From an uncultured Hyphomicrobiales bacterium (GTDB lineage: Bacteria > Bacteroidota > Ignavibacteria > Kapaibacteriales > UBA2268), in assembly GCA_964454445.1 (NCBI GenBank), contig CAYVTD010000001.1:62121-126120 (forward strand): a DNA stretch of 64,000 bases, read 5' to 3'. Each line of letters begins with the position of its first letter. Position 1 is the first letter of the stretch. Positions 41,128-51,824 of the stretch are shown in pieces. The position numbers were made by a program, and so were the translations under genes. The notes below the pieces were generated by a model. The model was given only the letters and a program-made list of their open reading frames with translations, ran no database searches and had not been told where the DNA came from.

Positions 41128-42182
41128 TGGATAATATTCTAAAACGGATACTCGTAATCTTTTTTATAGTGCTGGTTTTCCATTTATTGAGCATTATGTC
41201 GGGAATATTACAGCCCCTGTTTTTTGCATTATTGATGTCGTTAATGTTCCAGCCTTTAGTCAGTTTTCTCAGATCAAAGAAAATTCCGAACTTCATTATC
41301 TTGCCTTTCATTTCTGTCTTTTCACTATTTGTTATTGTTATATTAGGTAATGTCGTTTTTCAAATCGGCTCTGAAATAGCCGGCGAGGGTGAATTTCTGC
41401 TTATGCGGCTTGAGTACCGCCTCAATAATCTGCTAATTTGGATAAATAGCATAACAAATTTGCGACTTGATTCGACAGTTTTAATTAAGGAGCTACAAAA
41501 GTATGCTACACCGGAATGGCTGTCAAATGTTGCAAGTGGAATTTTTGTAGGCATCGGTAGTGTTTCAGGTGCCTTTATTATTTTCGCCATTTATTATGTC
41601 ATTTTGCTTGCGGGTATGTCTAATTACAGCAGATATTTGAAATTTGTTGCCGGTGGAGAGGATGATGGTTTGGTAAACCATTTTGTCAAAGTTCAAAAGT
41701 CTGTTGTATCATATATTTTTATAAAAACATTAATCAATATTGCTGCTGCTGCGATAGTCTATGGAATTTGCCTGCTCTTCGAGGTCAAATTTCCTTTTTT
41801 CTGGGGCTTTCTTGCTTTTATTATGCACTTTATTCCGAATGTTGGCTCAATAACAACGACCTTATTACCGGGTTTGATGGCATTTATCCAATTCGACTCC
41901 TTGCGTAAAGTTATAATTCTTGTCGTAGTCCTTGGAACAGTTCAGTTTTTAATAGGTAATCTTATCGAACCGAAAATATTAGGCAACCGATTGCGACTCA
42001 ATACGCTTACAGTTATTTTCGGACTTGTTTTTTGGGGCTATATCTGGGGTATTGCAGGCATGATGCTTTCGGTTCCATTGCTTGTTATGATAAAATTAAT
42101 TTTCGAGAGAATACCTACACTCGAATTCATTGCAAGAATGATGAGTCCTACCCCGAAAATTAATAAAACAGCTGCCAATTAA
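41128..42182 (+). CDS. AI-2E family transporter (PerM/UPF0118)
   Basis: 8 TM helices with family-typical length and a C-terminal GxxGMMLSVPLL block. The start is taken at MDNILKRIL. Confidence 0.55.
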
Positions 42183-42391
42183 ATTATTTTAATATATTTA
42201 AGTTTTTATTTGAGGCATCAAGAAACAAATCTTTTTACTTTACGTAAAAATTATTAGTGTTTTATCAAGTTTAAGAAATCATTTTTCGATGAAGAATAGT
42301 TTTATTAAATTGTAGTTATTACGGTAATATTGCTATTTAGTCATTTATAAATTATATTTTTTTCAATAATAGTTTTCAAAGGAGTAGCACA

Positions 42392-45300
42392 ATGAAGTTA
42401 CGAATCTCAGTATTTTTGATAGCAGTATGTTTTGCGTTTTCTAATATGTTAGCCGAGGAAGCAAGGATACTTCGCTATCCTAATGCCTCGAAAACCCATA
42501 TTGCCTTCACACACGGTGGCGATGTTTACGTAGTACCGATTGAAGGCGGGCTTGCCCGCAAGGTAACCAATTCAGAAGGAATCGAGATGTTCCCGCGGTT
42601 TTCAGTCGATGGCACCAAGCTTGCCTTTACAGCCGAATATGATGGAAATCGCGAGATCTATGTAATGCCTGCTTTGGGAGGCAAGCCTGAAAGAATCACT
42701 TATTCGATGGATGTAGGCGAACTCCCCGACAGAATGGGACCCGATAAAATCATCATGCAATGGACCAAAGATGGCGACATTCTTTTTCGAAGCAGACAAA
42801 GCAGTTGGCATTCATGGGTAGGGCAACTATACCTTGCAAACGAAAAAGGTGGCTTGCCAAAAATGCTCGATCTGCCCAAATCTGGTTTTGCTTCGCTTTC
42901 GCCTGATGGCTCAAAACTTGCTTACAACCGTATTTTCAGAGAGTTTCGTACTTGGAAGCGCTATCGCGGCGGCCAAGCTGACGATATTTGGATTTACGAC
43001 TTTAAAACAAAAGAATTAAAAAACATAACCAATAACCCAGCCCAAGATATTATTCCAATGTGGAGTGGCAACAAGATTTATTACCTAAGCGACCGCAACT
43101 GGGTAATGAACTTATATGTATATGACACGCAAAGCGGCGAAACAAAGCAGCTAACAGATTATAAAAAATATGATGTCAAGTTTCCATCACTCGGCTCGGA
43201 TTACATCGCTTATGAAAATGGAGGTTATGTCTATCTGCTCGATTTGAAGAACGATGAAAGCCACAAAGTCAATATCGAAATAGACGAAGATTACGTCGGA
43301 GCGAGACCAAAACTCGTCGATGCAAGCAAGCGAATTACAAATGTCGATATTTCTCCCGATGGTTTGCAAGGACTATTCGTTGCAAGAGGTAATATTTTTA
43401 CTGTTCCTGCAAAAGATGGCAAAACAAAAGCACTTACCATCAGTTCTGGCGCTCACGACAGGGAAGCGACTTGGTCGCCTGATGGCAAATGGATTGCTTT
43501 CGTTAGCGATATGAGCGGCGAAGACGAGGTTTACATTATTAAACCCGATGGTTCAGAGCTGACACAACTGACCAAAGATGCAAAATCTTATCGCTTCGGT
43601 TTAATGTGGTCGCCTGACAGCAAAAAATTGCTCAATTCCGACAAGCTAATGCGATTGTATATGATTGATATAGATAGCAAAACGGTAAAAGATATCGCTA
43701 AATCGCCGGCTTGGGAAATCACTGATTTCTCTTGGTCGCCCGATAGCAAATGGGTTGCTTTTACTAATTTAGACGAAGGGTTCAGTTCATATATCTCACT
43801 TTATTCCCTGCAATCTGGAGAAACACGAACGGTTACTGACAGGTTTTTCAACTGCAACTCCCCAGTATTTTCCTCTGATGGTAAGTTCCTTTATTTCGTT
43901 TCCGATAGAACCTTCAATCCTCGCATCAATCAAGTGGAATGGAACTTCTATTATAGCAATATGAGCAAAATATACGGGATAACACTTGAGAAAACGACTG
44001 AATCGCCTTTTGCTTTCAAAGATATAAAACGCGAAGAAAAGAAAGATGAAAATGCAGAAAAAACAGATAAAAAAGATGAGAAAAAGGACTCGAAAAAGGA
44101 CAAAGACAAAAAAGATGAGAAGAAAGAAATTGATATAAAAATCGATTTCGATGATATTACTTCGAGAATTTTCGAACTCCCTGTGCCAACGGGATATTAT
44201 GCCGGATTGGTTTCTATTGGCGACAAGCTATATTACTCATTCAACTCAAACTTCTATGAATTTGACTTTGAAAAACGTGAAGCTAAAAAAGCAGGCGATT
44301 TCGGCTCTTACGCCATTTCTGCCGACAAGAAAAACATCATTTTCAAAGACAAAGGCGACTGGCAAATTGCAAAAATTTCTTCTGACATAAAACAAGGCGA
44401 TAAGCTCGACCTTTCCGATGTGAAATTCTGGCTCAATCCTCGTGAAGAATGGATGCAAGTTTTCAACGAAAGTTGGCGACAAATGAAGTATTTCTTCTAT
44501 GACCCAAACATGCACGGCTACGATTGGAATGAAATTGGCAATAAATACCGCGAAATGGTACCTTTTGTAACTCATCGCGCCGATTTGACATATTTAATTG
44601 GCGAGATGATAGCCGAATTGAACATCGGGCATGCTTACACTGGCGGTGGTGATATGCCCAAAGTAGAGAGCTTGCCAATAGGTTTGCTCGGCGCTGACAT
44701 ACAATATGACGAATCAGCAAAAAAGTATAAAATTACAAAAATATATGAGGGTAGAAACTGGGAAGATGATCGCCGTTCGCCTCTCACCGAGCCAGGTATC
44801 AACATTTCAGAAGGTGATTACATCATTGAAATAGATGGACAAGCAATCACCAAAGAAAACCATCCATATAAAGCATTAGTCGGCAAGGCAAACAAGTATG
44901 TTGCATTGAAAGTTAATAGTAAACCTGATGCAAAGGGTGCAAAGGAATTTGAGGTTAAAACCATCGCAAACGAAAGTGGTCTCCGTTATTTTAACTGGGT
45001 GGAAAACAACCGCAGAAAAGTCGATTCTGCAACCAATGGACGCGTAGCTTACGTACACGTTCCCGATATGATGCCCGACAATGGTTTGAACGAATTCGTT
45101 AAATATTTCTATCCACAATCACGCAAGGAAGCTTTGATTATCGACGACCGCTACAATGGCGGCGGCAATGTTTCTCCGATGATTATCGAGCGACTACGCA
45201 GGATTTTAACAGTTGCCAAACACGCAAGAAATCAGGAAATAGTTTCGACAAACCCCGATGCAGTCATTACCGGTCCAATGGTTTGTCTTATCAATGAGCT

Positions 45301-45661
45301 TTCTGCTTCCGATGGCGATTTGTTCCCCTATCAATTTCATCAAATGAATCTTGGTAAATTAATCGGGAAAAGATCTTGGGGCGGTGTTATTGGCATTCGC
45401 GGCTCGCTTCCATTTTTAGACGGTAGTTACCTTTATAAACCAGAATTTGCTAATTTCGGCGCCGATGGCACTTGGATTCTCGAAGGACACGGAATGGATC
45501 CTGATATCGAAGTGGACAACCTCCCTGCTCAAGAATTGAAAGGCATCGACCAACAACTCGATAAAGCAATCGAAGTGATTTTACAGGAATTGAAAACGAA
45601 CAAAAAGCCAACTGTGCCTAATATTCCTAAATTCCCCAACAAAAACCCATTTAAAAAGTAG
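42392..45661 (+). CDS. tricorn protease homologue (PD40 propellers + PDZ + S41-like peptidase core)
   Basis: 1089 aa. Signal peptide and AGGAG Shine-Dalgarno 8 nt upstream. TolB/PD40 repeats (SPDGKWIAF, SPDSKK, SPDSKWVAF). C-terminal tricorn/S41-like region with nucleophile context (LINELSASDGD). Confidence 0.65.
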   Translation: MKLRISVFLIAVCFAFSNMLAEEARILRYPNASKTHIAFTHGGDVYVVPIEGGLARKVTNSEGIEMFPRFSVDGTKLAFTAEYDGNREIYVMPALGGKPERITYSMDVGELPDRMGPDKIIMQWTKDGDILFRSRQSSWHSWVGQLYLANEKGGLPKMLDLPKSGFASLSPDGSKLAYNRIFREFRTWKRYRGGQADDIWIYDFKTKELKNITNNPAQDIIPMWSGNKIYYLSDRNWVMNLYVYDTQSGETKQLTDYKKYDVKFPSLGSDYIAYENGGYVYLLDLKNDESHKVNIEIDEDYVGARPKLVDASKRITNVDISPDGLQGLFVARGNIFTVPAKDGKTKALTISSGAHDREATWSPDGKWIAFVSDMSGEDEVYIIKPDGSELTQLTKDAKSYRFGLMWSPDSKKLLNSDKLMRLYMIDIDSKTVKDIAKSPAWEITDFSWSPDSKWVAFTNLDEGFSSYISLYSLQSGETRTVTDRFFNCNSPVFSSDGKFLYFVSDRTFNPRINQVEWNFYYSNMSKIYGITLEKTTESPFAFKDIKREEKKDENAEKTDKKDEKKDSKKDKDKKDEKKEIDIKIDFDDITSRIFELPVPTGYYAGLVSIGDKLYYSFNSNFYEFDFEKREAKKAGDFGSYAISADKKNIIFKDKGDWQIAKISSDIKQGDKLDLSDVKFWLNPREEWMQVFNESWRQMKYFFYDPNMHGYDWNEIGNKYREMVPFVTHRADLTYLIGEMIAELNIGHAYTGGGDMPKVESLPIGLLGADIQYDESAKKYKITKIYEGRNWEDDRRSPLTEPGINISEGDYIIEIDGQAITKENHPYKALVGKANKYVALKVNSKPDAKGAKEFEVKTIANESGLRYFNWVENNRRKVDSATNGRVAYVHVPDMMPDNGLNEFVKYFYPQSRKEALIIDDRYNGGGNVSPMIIERLRRILTVAKHARNQEIVSTNPDAVITGPMVCLINELSASDGDLFPYQFHQMNLGKLIGKRSWGGVIGIRGSLPFLDGSYLYKPEFANFGADGTWILEGHGMDPDIEVDNLPAQELKGIDQQLDKAIEVILQELKTNKKPTVPNIPKFPNKNPFKK

Positions 45662-45683
45662 TTTAAGCATTTTAGAATTTAGA

Positions 45684-45726
45684 TGAGGTTGTCTCATTAT
45701 CAACTAATGGTAATGGACAACCTCAA
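45684..45726. terminator. 10-bp inverted repeat hairpin downstream of the tricorn protease gene
   Basis: TGAGGTTGTC-(23 nt)-GACAACCTCA followed by AT-rich sequence. The long loop makes a terminator role uncertain. Confidence 0.3.
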
Positions 45727-45951
45727 TTATGAATTTCGATTATTATTTATTTTTCCACTATTTTTCAAAAGATTAATCTTTCTTAAAAAGAGGCTGACTT
45801 CTGAGATTGCCTCCTCACCGGATTTAAGATAAATTGAAAGGAATAATGATGAATAGAATCATACCAATATTTTAAAAAAGATTTTTACATTTCTTATGCC
45901 TTTTAAGCGAAAAAACCTTAAATTGCTGTTTTTTAACTTTAAGAAAAAAAA

Positions 45952-48285
45952 ATGAAAAAAAAAGAAGAAGATGTTAATGTAAATGATGACGATTTTCGCG
46001 GCAAAGCAGCTCGTCTCGAAGATTTATTAAAACTCAGCAAAAATTTTCAAGACGAAGAGCGGAGGACTCCAATACCTTTCAATGACTTTCTTTTTCTGGC
46101 ATCACAACAGCCCAGGCTCGTCTTTCGCGACATTTTTACACTTTTCAACGATATGGTCCATCATTATGTGCCAAACCTCGAAGAGGAAAGAAACGACCCG
46201 GAGTTTATTAACTTTATAGGTTACGACAGCACTAATTTATTTGTCAAAGACTGCGATAATCCATTTTTCGCCGACCGGTTGTTTATCAATCGTTTTATGA
46301 ATCTTGTAGAGGGAATGAAGCAGGTCTCGCTCCAGAATCATATTTATCTTTTCGAGGGACCTCCCGGAAGCGGCAAAAGCACTTTTTTAAACAATCTTCT
46401 ACAACGTCTAGAAGAATACACTCGTATCGATGACGGAGCTGTTTACAAAACTTATTGGCGACTTAATCTCGACAAACTTGGCGGACGTAACAACTTTCAA
46501 TCGCGATTACAGGAACAACTGCAGGAAAACGATGTAAACGAAAACGATTTTAGCATTCCTGCAATGAAGAATTATAATATGCCTAATTACGAAAGGATCA
46601 ACAAAAAATTTATCGAATTCTCCTGCCCTCGACACGATCATCCGATTCTGCAAATTCCGAAGAGTTTTCGTGCTAACTTCTTGAAAGAACTGTTGCCAGA
46701 TAGCGAGTTTAAAGAGCAATTATTCGAAAATACCGAATATAAATGGATATTTAAAGATATACCATGCAATATATGCAAATCATTGTTTTCAACCTTGCTC
46801 GATATCCTTGGCGATCCGCTGTTGTGCTATGATATGATCAGCGCCCGCAGGGCACGTTTCAACAGACAGTTCGGTGAAGGTTTGAGCATATTTAATCCCG
46901 GCGATCCCGTCTATCGCAAACCGATTCAAAATGTACAACTTGAGAATATGTTAAACAATCTGCTCAAAACAGACAATATCGATTTTGTTTATTCCTATCT
47001 CGCAAAGACAAACAATGGAGTGCTTGCCTTGATGGACATAAAAGAGGCAAACGTCGAGCGACTCAAGAGCTTACACGGCATCATCAGCGACGGCGTTCAA
47101 AAAGTTGAGCTAATCGAAGAGCAGATTAAAACACTTTTCATCGGTTTAGTCAATCCCGAAGACAGACACCATTTCGAAAATGTCAAATCATTTCAAGATA
47201 GAATAATTACTGTCAATATCCCTTATGTGCTCGACTATCAAACGGAGGTGCAAATTTATAAAAACAAATTTGGTGATGATATAAGCGAAGCGTTTTTGCC
47301 GAGAGTTCTCGATAATTTTGCTAAAATAATTATTTCCTCGCGAATGGAATCTGACTCACCTGCTTTTCGGAAATGGATAGCACAGCCACAAAAATACAGC
47401 AAATATCTCGACAAGAATATGTTGCTCTTGAAAATGCAAGTTTATAGCGGAAGAATTCCAACTTGGCTTTCAGAGGAAGACGAAAAACGCTTCGACAAGG
47501 CAACCCGCAAAGCTTGCATAGCCACCGCCGAATTAGAAGGCAAAAAAGGCATTTCCGGCAGAATGTCACTAAGTGTTTTCAATAGCTTTTTTACAAAGTA
47601 TGCTTCCAACGACAAAATGATAACAATGGAATGTGTAAAAGATTTCTTTATGAAAAAAATTGTTGCTCCTCCCTTCAACGAAATCCCTGACGGATTTATC
47701 GGCTCGCTCGAAGATATGTACGATTTTGACGTATTGCAGGAAGTTAAGGAGGCGATTTATTATTATAATGAGTTGCAAATTTCCAAAGACATTCAGAACT
47801 ATCTTTTTGCCTTAAATTACGACATTGGCGAGACAAAGCGCTGCGAATTCACCGGCGACAATATTGAAATCACTGAAGATTTTTTCAAAAATTTCGAAGC
47901 AATGTTTCTCGGCACCACAAGCACAACGACTTCACGCAAACTATTTCGCAAAGATGTGCATAATGAATACATTTCCAAGGGCCTTTCGTATGAAATTCGA
48001 CTGGAAGGCAAAAGCATAACCGAAACATCAATTTTCAAATCACTTTTCGATCGCTATACGCGCAATCTCAAGGAAAATGCTTTAGCACCATACAGTGAGA
48101 ACGAAAATTTCCGTCGAGCTATCATTGCTTTTGGCACCGATGAATTCAACACTTACGACTCACGTTTGCAGCGCGATATCGAACGTATGCTCGACAATCT
48201 CGTAAAGAAATTCAAATATTCGACAGAAGGCGCCCGCCAAGTAAGTTTGTATGTGCTTGATAAAAAACTAGTAAAAAAATATTGA
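45952..48285 (+). CDS. prkA: PrkA-family AAA+ protein (serine protein kinase PrkA/YeaG-like), long variant
   Basis: Walker A GPPGSGKST, then EEYTRIDDGAVYK and CPRHDHPILQIP. From memory these resemble the Bacillus PrkA blocks GPVSGGKST...EAYSKTDEGAIYA...CPMHEDPLHLIP. At 777 aa it is ~140 aa longer than typical PrkA. Confidence 0.55.
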   Translation: MKKKEEDVNVNDDDFRGKAARLEDLLKLSKNFQDEERRTPIPFNDFLFLASQQPRLVFRDIFTLFNDMVHHYVPNLEEERNDPEFINFIGYDSTNLFVKDCDNPFFADRLFINRFMNLVEGMKQVSLQNHIYLFEGPPGSGKSTFLNNLLQRLEEYTRIDDGAVYKTYWRLNLDKLGGRNNFQSRLQEQLQENDVNENDFSIPAMKNYNMPNYERINKKFIEFSCPRHDHPILQIPKSFRANFLKELLPDSEFKEQLFENTEYKWIFKDIPCNICKSLFSTLLDILGDPLLCYDMISARRARFNRQFGEGLSIFNPGDPVYRKPIQNVQLENMLNNLLKTDNIDFVYSYLAKTNNGVLALMDIKEANVERLKSLHGIISDGVQKVELIEEQIKTLFIGLVNPEDRHHFENVKSFQDRIITVNIPYVLDYQTEVQIYKNKFGDDISEAFLPRVLDNFAKIIISSRMESDSPAFRKWIAQPQKYSKYLDKNMLLLKMQVYSGRIPTWLSEEDEKRFDKATRKACIATAELEGKKGISGRMSLSVFNSFFTKYASNDKMITMECVKDFFMKKIVAPPFNEIPDGFIGSLEDMYDFDVLQEVKEAIYYYNELQISKDIQNYLFALNYDIGETKRCEFTGDNIEITEDFFKNFEAMFLGTTSTTTSRKLFRKDVHNEYISKGLSYEIRLEGKSITETSIFKSLFDRYTRNLKENALAPYSENENFRRAIIAFGTDEFNTYDSRLQRDIERMLDNLVKKFKYSTEGARQVSLYVLDKKLVKKY

Positions 48286-48330
48286 GAGTATATGTCTTTA
48301 TGAATTATTGGACAAAGTTACAATATATAA

Positions 48331-50403
48331 TTATTCCACCCGGAATTCCCAATCTTCGATGACCGGATTTAGTTCATAACTCAGCTTGTTTGTTACGGTA
48401 AACATCTGGGTAGTGGTCTGTCGCAAAGTAGGTAACAATAAATCGCCTACTTCGGTATAATCTGATATTTTTTCTGTTACAAGTATCTGATCCTCATCTA
48501 GATACTCGGCTTTTTCGAGAAAAAATGTTTTAGAGTTGAAATAATACGTAGTCTCTGTTCCATAAGGGGCGACTGCTTTCATTAGAATATAATCGCCCTG
48601 GCTACCGAGAACACTGCATTTATAGCCAAGCTGCAAGAGTTGGGTTTCTTTAAAAAGTGTGGCATCGAGCAAGGCTTTGGTGCTGTCGTTGCCACTGTAT
48701 TTATTGTATTTTTCCATATCTTTTGTCCAAACATTAACACCATCGCTGATGGTTTCCTGAGTTCTAAAAGGAAACTTGACAATACGGTACATCTTGTTTG
48801 GTTGTTTGTACTTTGAAGTGATTTCGCCAATGTTCGACTTGCCTTGACTAGCAAAATCGATTGTACCAGTAATTTTCAAAGTTTGCGTTGCCTCAATGGC
48901 AGCTTTCCCACCGATTGCCTGAGTATATTTTTCTATTAATTCTTTTGCATCAAGTTTCGATTTCTCGAGTTTGGCGCCAGCACCAGTCAAAGGCTCTAAA
49001 TCGAGATTATAATCGTAAACATTGCCGAAAACAGATAGTTTGTCTCTAACTTCAGGGGCACCAACGACAACAATAAAAGCAGAGAAAGGATTCATATACT
49101 TGTTAGCAACAGCTCTTATCTCGTAAGGAGTTGTTCCCATCACTAATTCAGGATAGCGCTTGAGTTCGTGCATCGGAACACCATAAAAATAAGCTCTCTG
49201 TATCAAACTGGCAATGAAGTCAGAATCCTCGAAGCGCATAAGATATGTGCCCACAACCGATTTCTTTACCCGCATCAATTCTTCGTTAGATGCTTCCTGA
49301 GTGGCAAGTAAATTAAGCTGTTCCTTGATTACTGTTATTGCCGAGTCGGCAACACTATTACGCACATCTGCAACACAGAAGAAATAATTGGAAAACTTAT
49401 TGGCTGTTTCCATCCCATAAGGCGAATATGTGTATGAATGTGTTTCCCGTAAAGTTCTGAACAAACGACCCGCAAATCCTGCCCCAATAACATCTGCGGC
49501 AAGAGCCAGTTTCTGATAATCCTTGTCTATATAAGCAAGACCGGGCGTGCAAAGAAAAATTGTCGATTGCACCGAGCCGGGTCTCGATACGAAATAAACA
49601 CCTGTTGGATGTGGTTTTGCTGGCGGTATCTGCACTTCAGGCGGTTTTTCCGATTTCCATTCACCCAAATACTTATTCATTTGCTCAACGATTTCTTCAG
49701 GATCTACATCACCAACAATGGCAAGAGTTGCGTTGCTTGGCTTGAAAAATGTGTTGTGATAATACTTCAGATCATCGACTTTGATTTTTTCTAAAGAGCT
49801 ATTTGTCATTCGGGAAGAATAAGGGTGGTTTTCGCCATAAAGCACAATTTTTGACAAATCAGCTGCAAGAGCACCAGGAGTGCCTTTTCTTTGCTGCAAA
49901 TTTGCTTGATATTGTGGGATTAGTTTCTCAAATTCACCTTTCGGAAATGATGGGTTTATAACCGCATTCTTTAATATATCCATCAGCAACGGGAAATGTT
50001 TTTTCAATGAGTGGCTGCTAATGGTAATGGCATCAATACCAGCATTTGCGGAAATACTTGCACCTACACCATCAAGTTTCGCCGCTATCTGTTGGGCGCT
50101 TGTCTTGCCATATCCTTTTAAAAGCATATCGGCAGTCATCTCGGCTACACCGGGATTGTCGCGATCCATCGACTTTCCACCAGCAATTTGCATTCGCAAA
50201 GAAATAATTGGTTGCTCGTGATCTTCGATTATAAACAGCTTTAGTCCATTCTTCAGGACATATTCTTTGTGCTCGGGAAAAGTAAAGTTTTTTGCAGGCA
50301 AAGATTCCGGCTTTATATTCACATCAATTTTATCTTGTGAATAAGAATTAGTAAGAAAAATTAAACTTAGAGCTATTATCAAAAATTTTTTCATTTTGTT
50401 CAC
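48331..50403 (-). CDS. M16-family peptidase, non-catalytic subunit
   Basis: Signal peptide and M16 fold pattern. The position of the HxxEH zinc motif reads GVAEMTADM, so the zinc site is degenerate. Confidence 0.6.
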   Translation of the reverse strand: MNKMKKFLIIALSLIFLTNSYSQDKIDVNIKPESLPAKNFTFPEHKEYVLKNGLKLFIIEDHEQPIISLRMQIAGGKSMDRDNPGVAEMTADMLLKGYGKTSAQQIAAKLDGVGASISANAGIDAITISSHSLKKHFPLLMDILKNAVINPSFPKGEFEKLIPQYQANLQQRKGTPGALAADLSKIVLYGENHPYSSRMTNSSLEKIKVDDLKYYHNTFFKPSNATLAIVGDVDPEEIVEQMNKYLGEWKSEKPPEVQIPPAKPHPTGVYFVSRPGSVQSTIFLCTPGLAYIDKDYQKLALAADVIGAGFAGRLFRTLRETHSYTYSPYGMETANKFSNYFFCVADVRNSVADSAITVIKEQLNLLATQEASNEELMRVKKSVVGTYLMRFEDSDFIASLIQRAYFYGVPMHELKRYPELVMGTTPYEIRAVANKYMNPFSAFIVVVGAPEVRDKLSVFGNVYDYNLDLEPLTGAGAKLEKSKLDAKELIEKYTQAIGGKAAIEATQTLKITGTIDFASQGKSNIGEITSKYKQPNKMYRIVKFPFRTQETISDGVNVWTKDMEKYNKYSGNDSTKALLDATLFKETQLLQLGYKCSVLGSQGDYILMKAVAPYGTETTYYFNSKTFFLEKAEYLDEDQILVTEKISDYTEVGDLLLPTLRQTTTQMFTVTNKLSYELNPVIEDWEFRVE

Positions 50404-50420
50404 CTTTGCTATAAATTATA

Positions 50421-51773
50421 TTAATTTGTTTTTGGTAGATAGTTTAAAACGACTCTTTTGTCGGTATCAAAGTATTTCTTAGCTACCCGCTTAATGTCTT
50501 CGACAGTAACGCTTAAGTATTTATCCAATTCGGAATTAATCAACGAAGGATCTCTGAAATAGCTGAAATACATGGCAAGGGATTCGGCTTTGCTAAGCAC
50601 ATTTTTTTTGTCAGAAACAAAGCTCATAGCGGTTATATTTTTTGCCTTGTCGAGTTCCTCGGTTGTAACGCCTTTTTGGATAACACTTTCGATTACTTTA
50701 GAAAACTCTTTGCTAATATCTTTCAATTCATTGCCCGGTGTTGGAATTCCGATAAACATGGCAGCACCGGAATATTCCAAAGGCATTGATTCAATCGAAG
50801 CATTAACGGCGATTTGTTTTTCATCGACAAGTTTGCTATAAAGCCGCGAGCTTTCGCCTGAAGATAAAATATCGACAAGCAATGCAAAAGCATAATAATC
50901 TTCCGAGCCAATCTTTGGCGCCCTATAACTAATAAATATCGCAGGTAATTGCGCCTTTTCATCTGTAATTGTTTCTGTGTATCCTTTTTCGAGAGGTGGG
51001 GGGGTAAACTTTGTTTCCGGTACAGGAACAAACTCTTTGTATTGACCAAAATATTCATTTACGTATTTTCTTGCTTCATTTAGCTCAAAATCTCCAGAAA
51101 TAACGAGAACAGCATTGCTGGGATGGTAAAATTTGTTGTAAAACGTTCTAAAATCGTCTATTGTTGCTTTTGCTAAATCCTCTTTTGAACCAATGACCGA
51201 CCATTGATAATTGGAGTTATTCCACAAGTTCGCACATAACTTATCAATCATATCTCCATACGGCTGGTTATCTACATGCATTTTCAACTCTTCTAACACC
51301 ACTCCCCGTTGTGTTTCAACTCCGATAGTATCTACGAGCAAATGCCTCATCCTCTGGGATTCTATCCAAAGGGCAAGTTTTAACTCATTTGATGGTAACT
51401 GAATATAATAAACTGTTTCATCGAAATAGGTATGTGCATTCAGAGTGCCTGATGCTTCCTGAACATTTTTGTCGATGCTCGCACGTGGGTAAGCCGATGT
51501 TGCTTCAAACATAAGATGCTCAAAAAAGTGGGCATAGCCGGTTTTGCCCGGTGTTTCGTTGTGCGAGCCAACCCGGTAGTGAACCACTGTTGCAATGATT
51601 GGAGCGGTTTTATCAATGTTATATATCACATGCAAACCATTAGGAAGACTGTCCATAACGTATTTAATCGGATAAAAACTATCATTGCTGGCTTTTAATG
51701 CCGGGAGATTTACCACTAGAGCAAAAAATAAAAGAGTTAAAAACACTCTTTTCAATAAACCTTTCGATTTCAT
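50421..51773 (-). CDS. M16-family (insulinase/pitrilysin) zinc peptidase, catalytic subunit
   Basis: Signal peptide. Inverted zinc-binding motif HFFEHLMFE (HxxEH) and a downstream Glu. Confidence 0.7.
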   Translation of the reverse strand: MKSKGLLKRVFLTLLFFALVVNLPALKASNDSFYPIKYVMDSLPNGLHVIYNIDKTAPIIATVVHYRVGSHNETPGKTGYAHFFEHLMFEATSAYPRASIDKNVQEASGTLNAHTYFDETVYYIQLPSNELKLALWIESQRMRHLLVDTIGVETQRGVVLEELKMHVDNQPYGDMIDKLCANLWNNSNYQWSVIGSKEDLAKATIDDFRTFYNKFYHPSNAVLVISGDFELNEARKYVNEYFGQYKEFVPVPETKFTPPPLEKGYTETITDEKAQLPAIFISYRAPKIGSEDYYAFALLVDILSSGESSRLYSKLVDEKQIAVNASIESMPLEYSGAAMFIGIPTPGNELKDISKEFSKVIESVIQKGVTTEELDKAKNITAMSFVSDKKNVLSKAESLAMYFSYFRDPSLINSELDKYLSVTVEDIKRVAKKYFDTDKRVVLNYLPKTN

Positions 51774-51824
51774 AATATACCTTCCATAAAAAGTAAGAAA
51801 ACAATGTATTCGATTTTAAAAACT

